A stretch of DNA of 64,000 nucleotides from an uncultured bacterium. Lineage in GTDB: Bacteria; Verrucomicrobiota; Verrucomicrobiia; Limisphaerales; UBA8199. Below the pieces are notes generated by a model. The model was not told the origin of the DNA and did no database searches. It was given only the letters and a program-made list of their open reading frames with translations. The position numbers and the translations under genes are program-made. Where the stretch lies: assembly GCA_963749495.1 (NCBI GenBank), contig CAVVMW010000001.1, forward strand, positions 640,001 through 704,000, written 5' to 3'. How positions within the stretch are numbered: position 1 is the first letter of the stretch; every line of letters begins with the position of its first letter. This document shows, piece after piece, positions 28,680 to 39,510 of the stretch.

Positions 28680-30629
28680 ATGATGAACGAGAAAGACAAA
28701 TGCCCGAGATGCGGCGCCGCACTGCCGGCCGACGCGCCGGAAGGATTGTGTCCGCGCTGCCTGGGCGCCCTGAACCTGGAGACGGAAACCAACGTCAGTG
28801 GCGCGGAAACCGGGGCGTGGGTCCCGCCGCCGGTCTCCGAACTGCGGCCGCTCTTTCCCCAGATCGAGTTGTTCGAGCTTGTCGGCCGCGGCGGCATGGG
28901 CGCCGTCTATCGGGCATGCCAGAAGGGGCTCGATCGGATTGTGGCCCTGAAGATCCTGCCGCCGGGAATCGGGAGCGAGCCAGCGTTTGCCGAGCGCTTT
29001 GCCCAGGAGGCCAAGGCCATGGCCAGGCTCAATCATCCCGGCATCGTGACGGTCCATGATTTTGGCCGTGCCGGGGGCTTGTTCTACTTTCTGATGGAGT
29101 TTGTGGACGGGGTGAGCCTGCGCCAATTGATGAACGCCGGCCGGGTGTCGCCGCGCGAGGCGCTGGCGATCGTGCCGCAGATTTGCGACGCCCTCCAATA
29201 CGCGCACGACCAGGGCATCGTCCATCGCGACATCAAGCCGGAGAACATACTCCTGGATCGGCGCGGCCGTGTGAAGGTGGCGGATTTCGGCTTGGCAAAG
29301 CTGGTGGGAACAGCGAACGAGCCGGCGGCGGGGATGGGTTCGTCGGGGGGCTCGGCTTCGGTTACCGAGGCGGGCAAGGTCATGGGCACGCCAAATTATA
29401 TGGCGCCCGAGCAGATGGAGCGGCCTGCCGAGGTGGACCACCGCGCCGACATTTTTGCGCTGGGCGTCGTGTTTTACCAAATGCTCACCGGGGAATTGCC
29501 CGGCCCGCAGCTCGAGCCACCTTCCAAGAAGGTGCGCATCGATGTGCGGCTGGACGAGGTGGTGCTCCAGGCGCTGGCCAGGGAACCGGCGCGGCGCTAC
29601 CAAAAAGCCAGCGAAGTCAAGACGGCCGTGGAGGCGATCACCCACGGTCCTGCGCCGGCGGGAGGGAAAAAGGAGCCCGGAACAGAGGGGAGACCACCCG
29701 CCTCTCTCGATCAACCTACGAGGTCCGCAAGGTTTTGGAGTGCGCCAGCCCTCTGGCGCTTTCGCGTCCGCAGCCAGGGGACAGAAAAGCGGCAGAGGAC
29801 TGCCGCAGTCCAAAACGCAAGCGCGGCCGGGACGGCCGGAATGACGGGCGGCCATCCGAGGCGCATCTTCGCCGGCCTGTCCTTGAGCGTCCTGGCGCTC
29901 TTGGCGCTCGGGATTCTGCTCATGGTTTGGGAGCGCCAGCGGGCTACCCGAATCGCGCGCGTCCCCGCGACGCCGCAGGTCGTCGCTACCCCGGCGCACA
30001 CGGGCGACATCGGAGTCTATCTCGGTCCCTACGTGGGTACGGTGGAGACATCGAATTCCGTGGTCTTTTCCATCTCACAAAACTTGGTCCAGAAAGTCAT
30101 TCCTAAGTTCGATGCCGGCGAGTCCTTGGTGGTGAACGCTTATGACCCTAACGGGAACAAGTTCGGCCACGGCTTCCTGGACGGGGTGGACAATAGAATA
30201 GATGTTGATACCGGCACGCTCAAGTGCAAAGCCCGGCTTGTTCCCGAGAGAGCCAACCTGATGATACCGGGCCTCTCTGTGAATATCAGTATGCTGCTCG
30301 AAGTGAAGCATGGAGTCCTGCTCGTGCCCGCCAACGCGATCAATAGAGACCCGCAATCCGCGTTCGTATGGGTGATCCAAGCGGACCAAACAGTGACCCG
30401 GCGCCGGGTCCGGGTCGGGACGATTGAGGACCAGTTCGAGAACAAGGAACACCAGGACCAAGCCACACTGCAGCAGATGTCGGAGGGGAGACGCCGGGAT
30501 GGCGAACCACAAGAGGCTCTTGGACCATGGGCTGAGGTCCAGACCGGTTTGTCCCATGGAGACCTCGTGGTTCTCAGCGGCTTCAACGACCTGGCTGAGG
30601 GGCGCAGGGTCAAATACAAGGCTCGGTAG
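28680..30629 (+). CDS. Ser/Thr protein kinase with N-terminal zinc ribbon, TM helix and C-terminal MdtA-like membrane-fusion-protein domain
   Basis: CPRC..CPRC, GRGGMG, HRDIKPEN, DFG, APE; DNRIDVDTGTLKCKA, LLVPANAI, GLSHGDLVV. Confidence 0.9.
   Translation: MMNEKDKCPRCGAALPADAPEGLCPRCLGALNLETETNVSGAETGAWVPPPVSELRPLFPQIELFELVGRGGMGAVYRACQKGLDRIVALKILPPGIGSEPAFAERFAQEAKAMARLNHPGIVTVHDFGRAGGLFYFLMEFVDGVSLRQLMNAGRVSPREALAIVPQICDALQYAHDQGIVHRDIKPENILLDRRGRVKVADFGLAKLVGTANEPAAGMGSSGGSASVTEAGKVMGTPNYMAPEQMERPAEVDHRADIFALGVVFYQMLTGELPGPQLEPPSKKVRIDVRLDEVVLQALAREPARRYQKASEVKTAVEAITHGPAPAGGKKEPGTEGRPPASLDQPTRSARFWSAPALWRFRVRSQGTEKRQRTAAVQNASAAGTAGMTGGHPRRIFAGLSLSVLALLALGILLMVWERQRATRIARVPATPQVVATPAHTGDIGVYLGPYVGTVETSNSVVFSISQNLVQKVIPKFDAGESLVVNAYDPNGNKFGHGFLDGVDNRIDVDTGTLKCKARLVPERANLMIPGLSVNISMLLEVKHGVLLVPANAINRDPQSAFVWVIQADQTVTRRRVRVGTIEDQFENKEHQDQATLQQMSEGRRRDGEPQEALGPWAEVQTGLSHGDLVVLSGFNDLAEGRRVKYKAR
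29725..29818. repeat. TTTTGGA(G/C)TGCG REP-like palindrome inserted in frame in the kinase linker
   Basis: ggttttggagtgcgccagccctctggcgcttt ... aaagcggcagaggactgccgcagtccaaaac. Confidence 0.85.
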
Positions 30630-30666
30630 GGCTGTTCTTGATGCCAGGCTTGGGGTTGGCACGCTG

Positions 30667-30906
30667 GCGTTCAGGCCGAAGGCCTGGTTCATACCAGCCC
30701 AGGGCAAGGCCCGCCGGAGCGCAGCGCAGGCGGGCCGCCGCCCTGGGTCCACCGCGCATTCTCTATTGCAGGCCAATCCCGATTCCGAATCGGGACCTTA
30801 TAGAGTTCCCGGAGGATGAATCGCGCTTTCAGCGCTCCGGATGATTATTGGCCGCTGTTCCCAGGGCGAGGCCCTGGGCTTGGTATGAGCGACGCCTTTG
30901 GCGTCC
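30667..30906. repeat. REP-like composite palindrome (CATACCAGCCCAGGG family)
   Basis: Inverted relative of 57558-57743. Confidence 0.8.
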
Positions 30907-31186
30907 AGAGCACGGACCGCCGGTTGCATCATGCACCCCGAAGAATTCTGTCGCGAGCCCCAAAGTCCGACCTGAAAAAATGCGCTTGACTCCGAGCGGC
31001 ATTTGCCCATGATGAGGCAAATCAACCAACTGAAAAGGGCAGCATCTGACTTGGCGCGCCGTGTTTTGGGAAGGGTTTTCGGCGGGACGATATTCCCGCG
31101 TGGGCGAGGCGCAGGGGCACGTGGGAGCGCGGCTATCCGGGACAGCGGCGGCTTTTTCGAAGAACCAAAACAACAACTCGAATATC

Positions 31187-34048
31187 ATGAAGAGAACGAC
31201 TCAAGCACTGTTCGTATCGCTCCTTTTGGCGGGATGGGTTATCCTGCCAACAGCATCGGGTCAGGTCACTAACGTGGTCTTCACGGGAGACTTCTCGAGC
31301 CTGAACACCAATCAATTCATCGTTGGCCACTTCTCGCAGGAAGGAGGCGGACCTTCCGGGGGGCAGATTCTCCCGCAGGTGAGCAACGGCACGTGCGAGA
31401 TCATGGGCACGACAACCGAACAATGGTGGGCGGGAGGCGACCTCCAGATCAAGCAGGTCTTCCCGGCCAATCCCGAGACCAACGTGGTGTTCTCGATTAA
31501 CCGGGTGAGCATGACCGGCTCAACCACCACCGGGGGAACCGCAACTGCCATACGCAGCGAGGTGTGTGTCTTTGACCCGTCGCTGACGTATTACATCTTG
31601 TTAGGGGAGAACTGGACAGAAGACTACTGGCAATACAACCAGAAGGTCGGGCTGTCGAGCGACGTGCCGACAGGGGGCGGGACGGCGATCGCCGCGTTCA
31701 ACGCGACATCCGAGGACGAGAGCTCGCACATCATGAGCATCGTGTGCGACGGGGCGACGGCGTCGCTCTACCTGGACGGCGTTTTGGGGGTCACCGCGCC
31801 CTTCCCGTTCAGCCAAGTGGCCTTCCTTTTCGGCGCCGAGGCGCGGGCCGACCTCGATACCGTTGACGTGGTTTACTCTGGGCTGACGGTCCAGACGGTG
31901 GGATTCGAGGCCTTCTCGCCGGCAGCGGCGACCCTGGTTCTGGGCCATTCCAGCTCGAACGTGGTCGTGCGCATCCCGCCAGGGGCCAACAAGACGCAGG
32001 CCGTTCACGTGACGGTGACCAGTGACACGCCGGGTGTGGCCATCCCGTCCGGCGCTGTGAACGGAGCCGTGACGCTGACATTCCCCGCCGGGGGCGCCAA
32101 CGAGCAGACCCTCGGCATCCAATCCGTGGCCGTGGGCGGGGCGATCTTCTCCATGAGCAACGACATCAATATGGGCAGCGCCAACTCGCTCGAGGTCGCG
32201 GTCGTGCTCGGCCCCGGGGTCCGGCTCACCGAGAATTTTTCCGGAACCGCGCTCAACACCAACGTCTGGCAGGTGGATAACAATGGTTTCGAGACGACCG
32301 GCGTAGGCACCTTCAGCGTCAGCGTGGGCGGCAACACACTGAACCTCAGCGGAACCTGCAACCAAATGAGCTACTGGCCGGGCATAGCGATCGAGACGGT
32401 AAACGCCTTCACCGCCACGCCCGAACTGCCCCTGGCTTTCGACATGGACCGGCTTTACGTGGATGTGATCAGCCCCTTGACCTTCATAAACGACACTGGG
32501 GCCAGGACCGGTGTGTACATCACCACCGCGGGCCGCTCCCCAACCAACGCGGCCAATCGTTACGTGTTTTTCGGCCAGGACTATGGCGAGACGGGTTGGG
32601 AGGTGAATGTCAACCCGGGCACCCCCACCGGCGCCGGCACCTCCATCAGCCAATTCACCAGCCTCAACGACACCAATAAACATCATCTCAGGCTCCTGGC
32701 CGATGGCAGCCAGGTGCAAGTCTTCGTGGACGGGCAATCGGGAGGCGCGTACCCCTTCGCGGCGACTGCGGGGGTTCGTTTTGAGATCGGGGCGTACGCG
32801 CGCGCGGTTGGGGATGCGATTGAAGGGGACTTTGCCAACGTGCAGATTGCGAACATCCTGCCCCCGATTACCGTTTCGCCAGTCACGATTGAGACCCAGT
32901 CCGGAGTCAATACGAACGTGCTTACGGTGACGGTCCCGTCGTTGCGCACCACGAACATCGCAGTGACCATCACGAGCCAGAACCCGAGTGTGGCCGTGCC
33001 TCAGGGGGCGGTCAACGGGGTGCTGACGCTCCAGTTCCCCAGCGGGGCAGCCAACGTCCAGACCTTCAACTTGGTGGCGGCCGGCATCGGCCAGACCTCT
33101 TTGGTCATCACCAACAATCAAGCCTCGCCGATTACGGGCAGCAGCGTGGCCCTTACGGTGACCAGTCCCCTCATGGTGTGGTTCAGCGACAAGTTCACAA
33201 GCAGCGTCTTGAACGCGAATTATTGGAACCTGAGCACCAACTCGCCGGGTGTGGACAACACGCTGACCAATTCGTTTGTGTCCACCACCAACGGTTTGCT
33301 GGAGATGTACGCGGACGCCGTAGCCTCGGCGACCAGTTATTTGTGGGCCGGCTACGGTCTTTACATGACGACGTTGTACAACGCGAGCGTGCTCTCGCCG
33401 ATTGTATTCGAGGTGGACCGAACCGCGATGACGCCCACGTTGGTCGGCGGCAATATAACATTGGAATGGACGGGCGTCTGGGTCCTGGCCCCCGACACGA
33501 ACTATGTGTGGTTTGGAGATTATGACACGCATATGGGCCAGGCCGGCGGCTGGGAGTACTTCGACTCGATTGGCGCGACCACCAACTCGCCGCTGGCGGG
33601 CGTGGGCGTCGTGCTGTCCGCATTCTCCCCGCCGGCGTTCAACGATCTGGGCAATCACCATATAAAGGTGGAAGTCAACGGGAGCGTTGTAGAATTTTTT
33701 GTGGACGGCATTTACGGCGGCTCAGCGCCGTTCCCATACACGAACGGGATCTCGTTCGGGCTCGGTTCTTACGTGGATACCGCCAACGGTTTAGGCACTA
33801 TCCTGGACGCTTATTTTGCCAACGTGACGGTCTCCGGCCCGGGGGCGGGGCACGTAACGCTCGGTCCGCTGACGATCACGAGACAGGCGAACGGCACATT
33901 CGTGATCAGTTGGACCGGGCCCGGCACACTCCAATCGTCCAGTTCGCTGACGAGCGGATGGAGCGATGTGACCCCGGCGCCGACAGGCACCACTTACACG
34001 GTGACTCCCTCCGGCAAGCCAGGGCAGTTCTTCCGGCTCCGCCAATAA
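31187..34048 (+). CDS. Large secreted beta-rich protein: three lectin/LamG-like modules, two Ig-like spacers and a C-terminal sorting-like tail
   Basis: Signal peptide; internal repeats; ends ISWTGPGTLQSSSSL..W..QFFRLRQ. Confidence 0.75.
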   Translation: MKRTTQALFVSLLLAGWVILPTASGQVTNVVFTGDFSSLNTNQFIVGHFSQEGGGPSGGQILPQVSNGTCEIMGTTTEQWWAGGDLQIKQVFPANPETNVVFSINRVSMTGSTTTGGTATAIRSEVCVFDPSLTYYILLGENWTEDYWQYNQKVGLSSDVPTGGGTAIAAFNATSEDESSHIMSIVCDGATASLYLDGVLGVTAPFPFSQVAFLFGAEARADLDTVDVVYSGLTVQTVGFEAFSPAAATLVLGHSSSNVVVRIPPGANKTQAVHVTVTSDTPGVAIPSGAVNGAVTLTFPAGGANEQTLGIQSVAVGGAIFSMSNDINMGSANSLEVAVVLGPGVRLTENFSGTALNTNVWQVDNNGFETTGVGTFSVSVGGNTLNLSGTCNQMSYWPGIAIETVNAFTATPELPLAFDMDRLYVDVISPLTFINDTGARTGVYITTAGRSPTNAANRYVFFGQDYGETGWEVNVNPGTPTGAGTSISQFTSLNDTNKHHLRLLADGSQVQVFVDGQSGGAYPFAATAGVRFEIGAYARAVGDAIEGDFANVQIANILPPITVSPVTIETQSGVNTNVLTVTVPSLRTTNIAVTITSQNPSVAVPQGAVNGVLTLQFPSGAANVQTFNLVAAGIGQTSLVITNNQASPITGSSVALTVTSPLMVWFSDKFTSSVLNANYWNLSTNSPGVDNTLTNSFVSTTNGLLEMYADAVASATSYLWAGYGLYMTTLYNASVLSPIVFEVDRTAMTPTLVGGNITLEWTGVWVLAPDTNYVWFGDYDTHMGQAGGWEYFDSIGATTNSPLAGVGVVLSAFSPPAFNDLGNHHIKVEVNGSVVEFFVDGIYGGSAPFPYTNGISFGLGSYVDTANGLGTILDAYFANVTVSGPGAGHVTLGPLTITRQANGTFVISWTGPGTLQSSSSLTSGWSDVTPAPTGTTYTVTPSGKPGQFFRLRQ

Positions 34049-34063
34049 GGCCGGGTTAGGCGC

Positions 34064-37000
34064 GTGAGAATACAGGCGCTGGGTCTGGCCGTGGGGTTGC
34101 TCCTTTGGGAGGCCCCGGGCCACCGGGCGAGAGCTGAGGCCTGGCAAACCGCCAGCGGCTGCCGATGGGCGCCGCTGGCGGTGCCAGCGGGCGGCAAGAC
34201 CGGCTTCACCGAAGTGCCGCCGGAACAGACGGGCATCACCTTCACCAACTGGCTGCCTCAAGAACGCTACCTCACCAACCAGATTCTGCTCAACGGTTCG
34301 GGCGTGGCGGCCGGCGACGTGGACGGCGACGGGCTGTGCGACCTGTTCTTCTGCGGCATCGACCGGCCCTGCGCGCTCTACCGCAACCTGGGCCATTGGA
34401 AGTTCCAGGACATTACGGCCGAGGCGGGAGTGGCGTGCGCCGGCCAGGCCTCGACAGGCGCCGTGTTCGCCGACGTGGATGGAGACGGGCACCTGGATCT
34501 GCTGGTCAACGGGGTGGGGACAGGCACGCGCCTGTTTCTCAACGACGGCAACGGGCACTTTCACGAAGTCACCGACCAATGGGGGTTGCGAAGCCGTTCG
34601 GGCAGCATGTCAATGGCGCTGGCCGACGTGGACGGCGACGGCTTTCTGGATTTGTACGTGGCCAACTACCGGAGACTCGACGATGCGGGACGAGCTCCAA
34701 GTCAGGCTCACCACGGCTGTCACCAACAACCACTACACAGTCCTGGCCGTCAACGGGCGCCCGGCCAGCGAACCCGATCTCGTGGGACGTTATACCGTGG
34801 ACCCGGTCATGGGCTTGCTCGAGAACGGCGAGGCCCATGCCTTCTATCGCAACAGCGGACACGGCCGCTTTGTGAAGATGAGCTGGACCGACGGCACGTT
34901 CCTGGACGAAGACGGCCGCCCCAGCGCCGTGCCTTACGATTGGGGCCTCTCGGTGATGTTCCGGGATTTGAACGGAGACGGCGCTCCGGACCTCTACGTC
35001 TGCAACGATTTTCATTCCCCCGATCGGATCTGGCTCAACGACGGGCACGGCCGGTTCCGGGCCATTCCGCGCGTGGCGTTGAGGCACACGAGTTTGTTCT
35101 CGATGGGGGTGGATTTCGCGGATATCGATCGCGACGGGCGCGATGACTTTTTTGTGGCGGACATGCTCAGCCGCAAGCACTCGAGCCGGCAGGTGCAGTT
35201 GATGGACCGGCCGGCCCTGCCGTTGCCGCTGGGGGCAATCGAAAACCGGCCGCAGTATTCCCGCAACACCTTGTTTTGGAACCGCGGGGACGGGACTTAC
35301 GCGGAGATTGCCCAGTATGCCGGCGTGGAGGCCTCGGACTGGACGTGGTGCCCGGTGTTTCTGGACGTTGACCTGGACGGCTTCGAGGACCTGCTCCTGG
35401 TGACGGGTCATTTGCGGGACGCCCAGAATATCGATATCTCCCGGCGCATTGAACGGTTGAGGCGGGAGAAGGGGGGCTCGCGCAGCGAGCAGTTGAGTCT
35501 GCGAAAGATGTTCCTGCCGCTCGATGTGCCCAACCTGGCCTTTCGGAACCGGGGCGACCTGACCTTCGAGGAGGTCGGCCGGGCCTGGGGATTCGATTCC
35601 CACAAGGTCTCCCAGGGAGTGGCCCTGGCGGACCTGGATAACGACGGCAACCTGGACGTGGTCATCAACTGCCTGAACGATGGGCCGCTGCTCCTGCGCA
35701 ACGAGACCTCTCGCCCGCGCCTGGCGGTGCGGTTGCGCGGGCTGGCGCCAAACACACGCGGCATCGGCTCGCGCATCAAGGTGTCCCAGGCGGGCATGCC
35801 CGACCAAAGCCAGGAGATGATCTGTGGCGGACGCTACTTGTCCGGCGACGATGCGGAGCGGGTGTTCGCGGTCAAGAGCCTGGAGAGTGAGTTGACCATC
35901 GAGGTGCGGTGGCGCAGCGGACGGCGCAGCCTCATTCCCAAGGCCGGAGCCAACCGGATTTATGAGATTGACGAGAGCCAGGCCAGGCCGGCGGGGGCGG
36001 ATGTGCGGGAACAAGGCCCCGCTCAGGGCGGGAGCGACACGGCGGGAAGACCCCTCACCCCAACCCTCTCCCCTTCCGAAGGGGCGAGGGAGAGTTCTCG
36101 GCAGCGGCTTGAGAAAGCGGCGGCGCCGGGAAGTTCCAGAGACGGCCAGGGCTTCTCCCTCTCCCCTTCCGAAGGGGAGAGGGCCGGGGTGAGGGGTCCC
36201 CCCCGCACTTCGTCTCCGCCTTCACCGACTGATCACCTCCGGCAGGCCCCGCGACCCATGTTCACCGATGTCAGCGACCTGATTCGCCACCGTCATGCCG
36301 AGGAAGAGTATGATGATTACCAGCGGCAGCCTTTGTTGCCGCACAAGCTCAGCCAGCTCGGCCCGGGGTGGCGTGGTTCGATTTGGATGGTGATGGCTGG
36401 GAGGACCTGATCGTGGCCAGTGGACCTGGGGGACGGTTGGCCGTCTTCAAGAACGATGGCAGAGGCGGCTTCGTGGCCTGGACCGGACCGCCATTTGATG
36501 CGGCGGTGTCGCGGAGCCAAACCGCCGTAGTCGGGTGGCGAGAGGCCCCGGGGGGCGCGCCCAGGCTGGTGGCCGGCTCGGCCAATTACCAAGATGGGCA
36601 GACCAATGGCGCCGTCGCCCAGTGGTACGACATGGGCCGCAAGACCATCCTGGATGTGCTGCCGGGACAGGCCTCCAGCACCGGGCCATTGGCCGTGGCG
36701 GACATTGACGGGGACGGGCACTTGGGATTGTTCGTGGGCGGCCGGGTCATTCCCGGGCGGTTTCCCGAGCCGGCAGCCTCTTTGATTTTTCGCAGCAGGC
36801 AAGGAGGGCCGCAGGCCGAGCCTGCCTTGTGCGCGGCCTTGGCGCGCGTGGGATTGGTCAGCGCGGCCATCTGGAGCGATTTGACGGGTCAGGGCTGGCC
36901 GAGTTGGTCCTGGCCTGCGAGGGCGGGCCGATCCGCGTGTTCAGCTTCGATCAGGGGCAAGCGCGTGAACTCACCGATGCGTTGGGGCTGGGAAGGTATC

Positions 37001-37998
37001 TCGGGCTGTGGAACAGCGTCGCCGTGGGGGATTTCGACGGAGACGGCCGTATGGATATCGTGGCGGGCAACTGGGGCCGAAATACCAAGTACCAGAGCCA
37101 CCTGGCGCAGCCAATGCACTTCTACTATGGCGAGCCGGATGACTCCGGGATAATGGCGGTCATCGAGGCCTATTATGACCCCGAGTTGGACAAAATCGTT
37201 CCCTGGCGGGATTGGGAAACGCTTTCGAGGCCGATGCCATTCATCCGCGACCGTTATCAGAATTTCACGCAGTTCAGCACTGCGGGCGTCCAGGAATTCA
37301 TGGGGACACGGATGGCGCGGCTGCAGGATATGCCCATCAACACGCTGGAGAGCATGCTCTTTCTGAATCGCGGCGATCATTTCGAGGCGCGGCCCTTGCC
37401 CCCAGAGGCCCAGTTTGCGCCAATCTTCGGGATCGCCGTCGGGGATGTGGACGGGGACGGCAAAGAGGACGTGGTCGTCAGCCAAAACTTCTCCCAGGTC
37501 CCGCCTTTGACATCGAGGCTCGATGGCGGGCGCGGATTGTGGCTCAGGGGCGACGGTCATGGGGCTCTGGAAGTTGTGCCTGGACAGCAGAGCGGGCTCG
37601 CCATTTACGGTGATGGCCGGGGCGTGGCGCTTTGTGATTACGACCATGACGGCCGAGTGGACCTGGTCGTGGCGCAGAATGCCAGTGCAACCAAGCTCTA
37701 CCGGAACATCGGCGGCAAACCGGGCTTAAGGGTGCTCCTGGAGGGTCCTCCCGGCAATCCTCAGGGCATCGGCGCCCAGTTGCGCCTCCAATACCAAGGT
37801 GGCCGGCAGGGGCCCGCCCGTGAGGTCCATGCCGGCGGTGGATACTGGTTGCAGGATTCGGCTGCACAGGTGCTGGGCCTGGACGGTGAGGTCGAGGCAG
37901 TCCTCGTGCGCTGGCCGGGCGGCAAAACCACGCGGATGCCGGTGCGCCCGGGACTGCGTGAAGTCCACATCACCCCGCCCCGCCAAAGCGGTGTGTAG
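34064..37998 (+). CDS. FG-GAP/VCBS repeat ASPIC-UnbV (CRTAC1-like) protein; frameshifts near 34670, 36365 and 36895, probably assembly errors
   Basis: Many DxDGDGxxD repeats and two ASPIC-like segments, continuous across four ORFs. Confidence 0.85.
36050..36199. repeat. CCCCTCACCC REP-like palindrome inserted in frame in the ASPIC gene linker
   Basis: Near-identical to the intergenic copy at 14521-14667. Confidence 0.88.
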
Positions 37999-38006
37999 AA
38001 TAAATG

Positions 38007-38470
38007 AACAGAGGGGAGACCACCCGCCCCTCTCGATCAACCTACGAGGTCCGCAAGGTTTTGGAGTGCGCCAGTCCTCTGGCGCTTTCGCGTCCGCAGC
38101 CAGGGGACAGAAAAGCGGCAGAGGACTGCCGCAGTCCAAAACGCAAGCGCGGCCGGGACGGCCGGGATGGCGGGCGGCCATCCGAGGCGCATCTTCGCCG
38201 GCGTGTTCTTGAGCGTCCTGGCGCTCTTGGCGCTCGGGATTCTGCTCATGGTTTGGGAGCGCCAGCGGGCTACCCGGATCGCGCGCGTCCCCGCGACGCC
38301 GCAGGTTGTCGCTACCCCGGCGCACACGGGTGACATCGGGGTCTATCTCAGTGGCTACGTGGGTACGGTGGAGACATCGAATTCCGTGGTCTTCTCCATC
38401 TCACAAGACGAGGTCCAGGAAGTCGTTCATAAGTTCGATGCCGGCGAGTCCTTGGTTGTGAAGGCTTATA
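38007..38470 (+). repeat. Diverged direct duplicate of 29680-30143 (REP, TM helix and start of the MFP domain); truncated gene fragment
   Basis: Both copies begin gaacagaggggagaccacccg and run to gagtccttggt.gtgaa.gcttat. Confidence 0.92.
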
Positions 38471-38520
38471 ACGCCCGGACCAGGCCACAGTGCAATCAAA
38501 CAGAGGATTGGGAATGGGCC

Positions 38521-38750
38521 TCAGGGCCGAAGGCCCGTCATGTGATAGCCCGGGCTGAAGCGAAGCGGAGGCCCGGGTAAGCGAGTGCCCCTCGAACAAT
38601 CCCCCGGCCTGCTATGGGCGGGACGCGTTGCCCAGGCATCTGAGCCTGTGGCGCCCTTGCAGGGCGCAGGAGGTTATGGCCCGAGGACCTGGGCCTCCGC
38701 TCGCAGACTCGCTCCAGCCCAGGCTGTCACATTTCGGGCCTTCAGCCCGG
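38521..38750. repeat. REP-like composite palindrome
   Basis: gggccgaaggcccg..gtgatagccc ... ggctgtcacatttcgggccttcagccc. Confidence 0.7.
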
Positions 38751-38831
38751 GGACGGGGGTTTGCCGTCGCCCTGGGCCGGAACCCTTTGGGAGACCTTCT
38801 GCAGAAGATGAGTAGATAGAACTCTGCAGCA

Positions 38832-38998
38832 ATGTTGCGCCTGAGAAACCTGGTAAGACTCGCGCCAGCCGGCAAACGGCCGGTGGAAGAGACCGCCTCC
38901 GCGCCGGACACTCAGCTTGTGCTCGCGGCGCGGCAGGGCGACAAGCGGGCGTTTGTGGAAATCGTGGCGCGGCACCAGGCCATGGTCTGCGGAATCGC
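38832..38998 (+). pseudogene. N-terminal remnant of an ECF sigma factor, in frame with the downstream protease
   Basis: DTQLVLAARQGDKRAFVEIVARHQAMVCGIA, then abrupt loss of similarity. Confidence 0.65.
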
Positions 38999-39050
38999 TC
39001 GCCACTTGGCGGAGGTCTGTTATGCTTGGGCGGCGATCTGGAAGAAAGTC

Positions 39051-39464
39051 ATGGGCTTGATACATGTCACGACCACCCTGCGCGCGCGTGAAAATGCGCG
39101 GAAGAAATACGTCGCCGAGTTCCTCGTCGACACGGGAGCGACCGACAGCCTGGTGCCGGCCAAGGAACTGAAAAGGGCGGGAATCAAACCCCGCGGGCGA
39201 ATGGCCTATGAATTGGCCGACGGCCAGACAGTGGAGTACGATTTCGGTTTGGCTGAGATTGAGTTCATGGGGGAGATCACGTCTGGCCGCGTTATCTTCG
39301 GTCCCGACGACGCCGAACCGCTCTTAGGCGCGACCGCCCTTGAATCGGTGGGCATTCTGGTGGACCCCGCCAATCACACCCTCAAACGAATGCCGGCCAT
39401 ACCGCTGAAATCAGCGGCGATGGAGGGGTCCTCAAGGCATAACTTTGGAGAGGTCTTTCCCTGA
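39051..39464 (+). CDS. Clan AA (retropepsin-like) aspartic protease
   Basis: FLVDTGATDS, ELADG, EPLLGATALES. Confidence 0.88.
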   Translation: MGLIHVTTTLRARENARKKYVAEFLVDTGATDSLVPAKELKRAGIKPRGRMAYELADGQTVEYDFGLAEIEFMGEITSGRVIFGPDDAEPLLGATALESVGILVDPANHTLKRMPAIPLKSAAMEGSSRHNFGEVFP

Positions 39465-39510
39465 ACCGATCTTACTTGCTCGGAAACGCGCGCTGAATTA
39501 GGCTGCCGGT

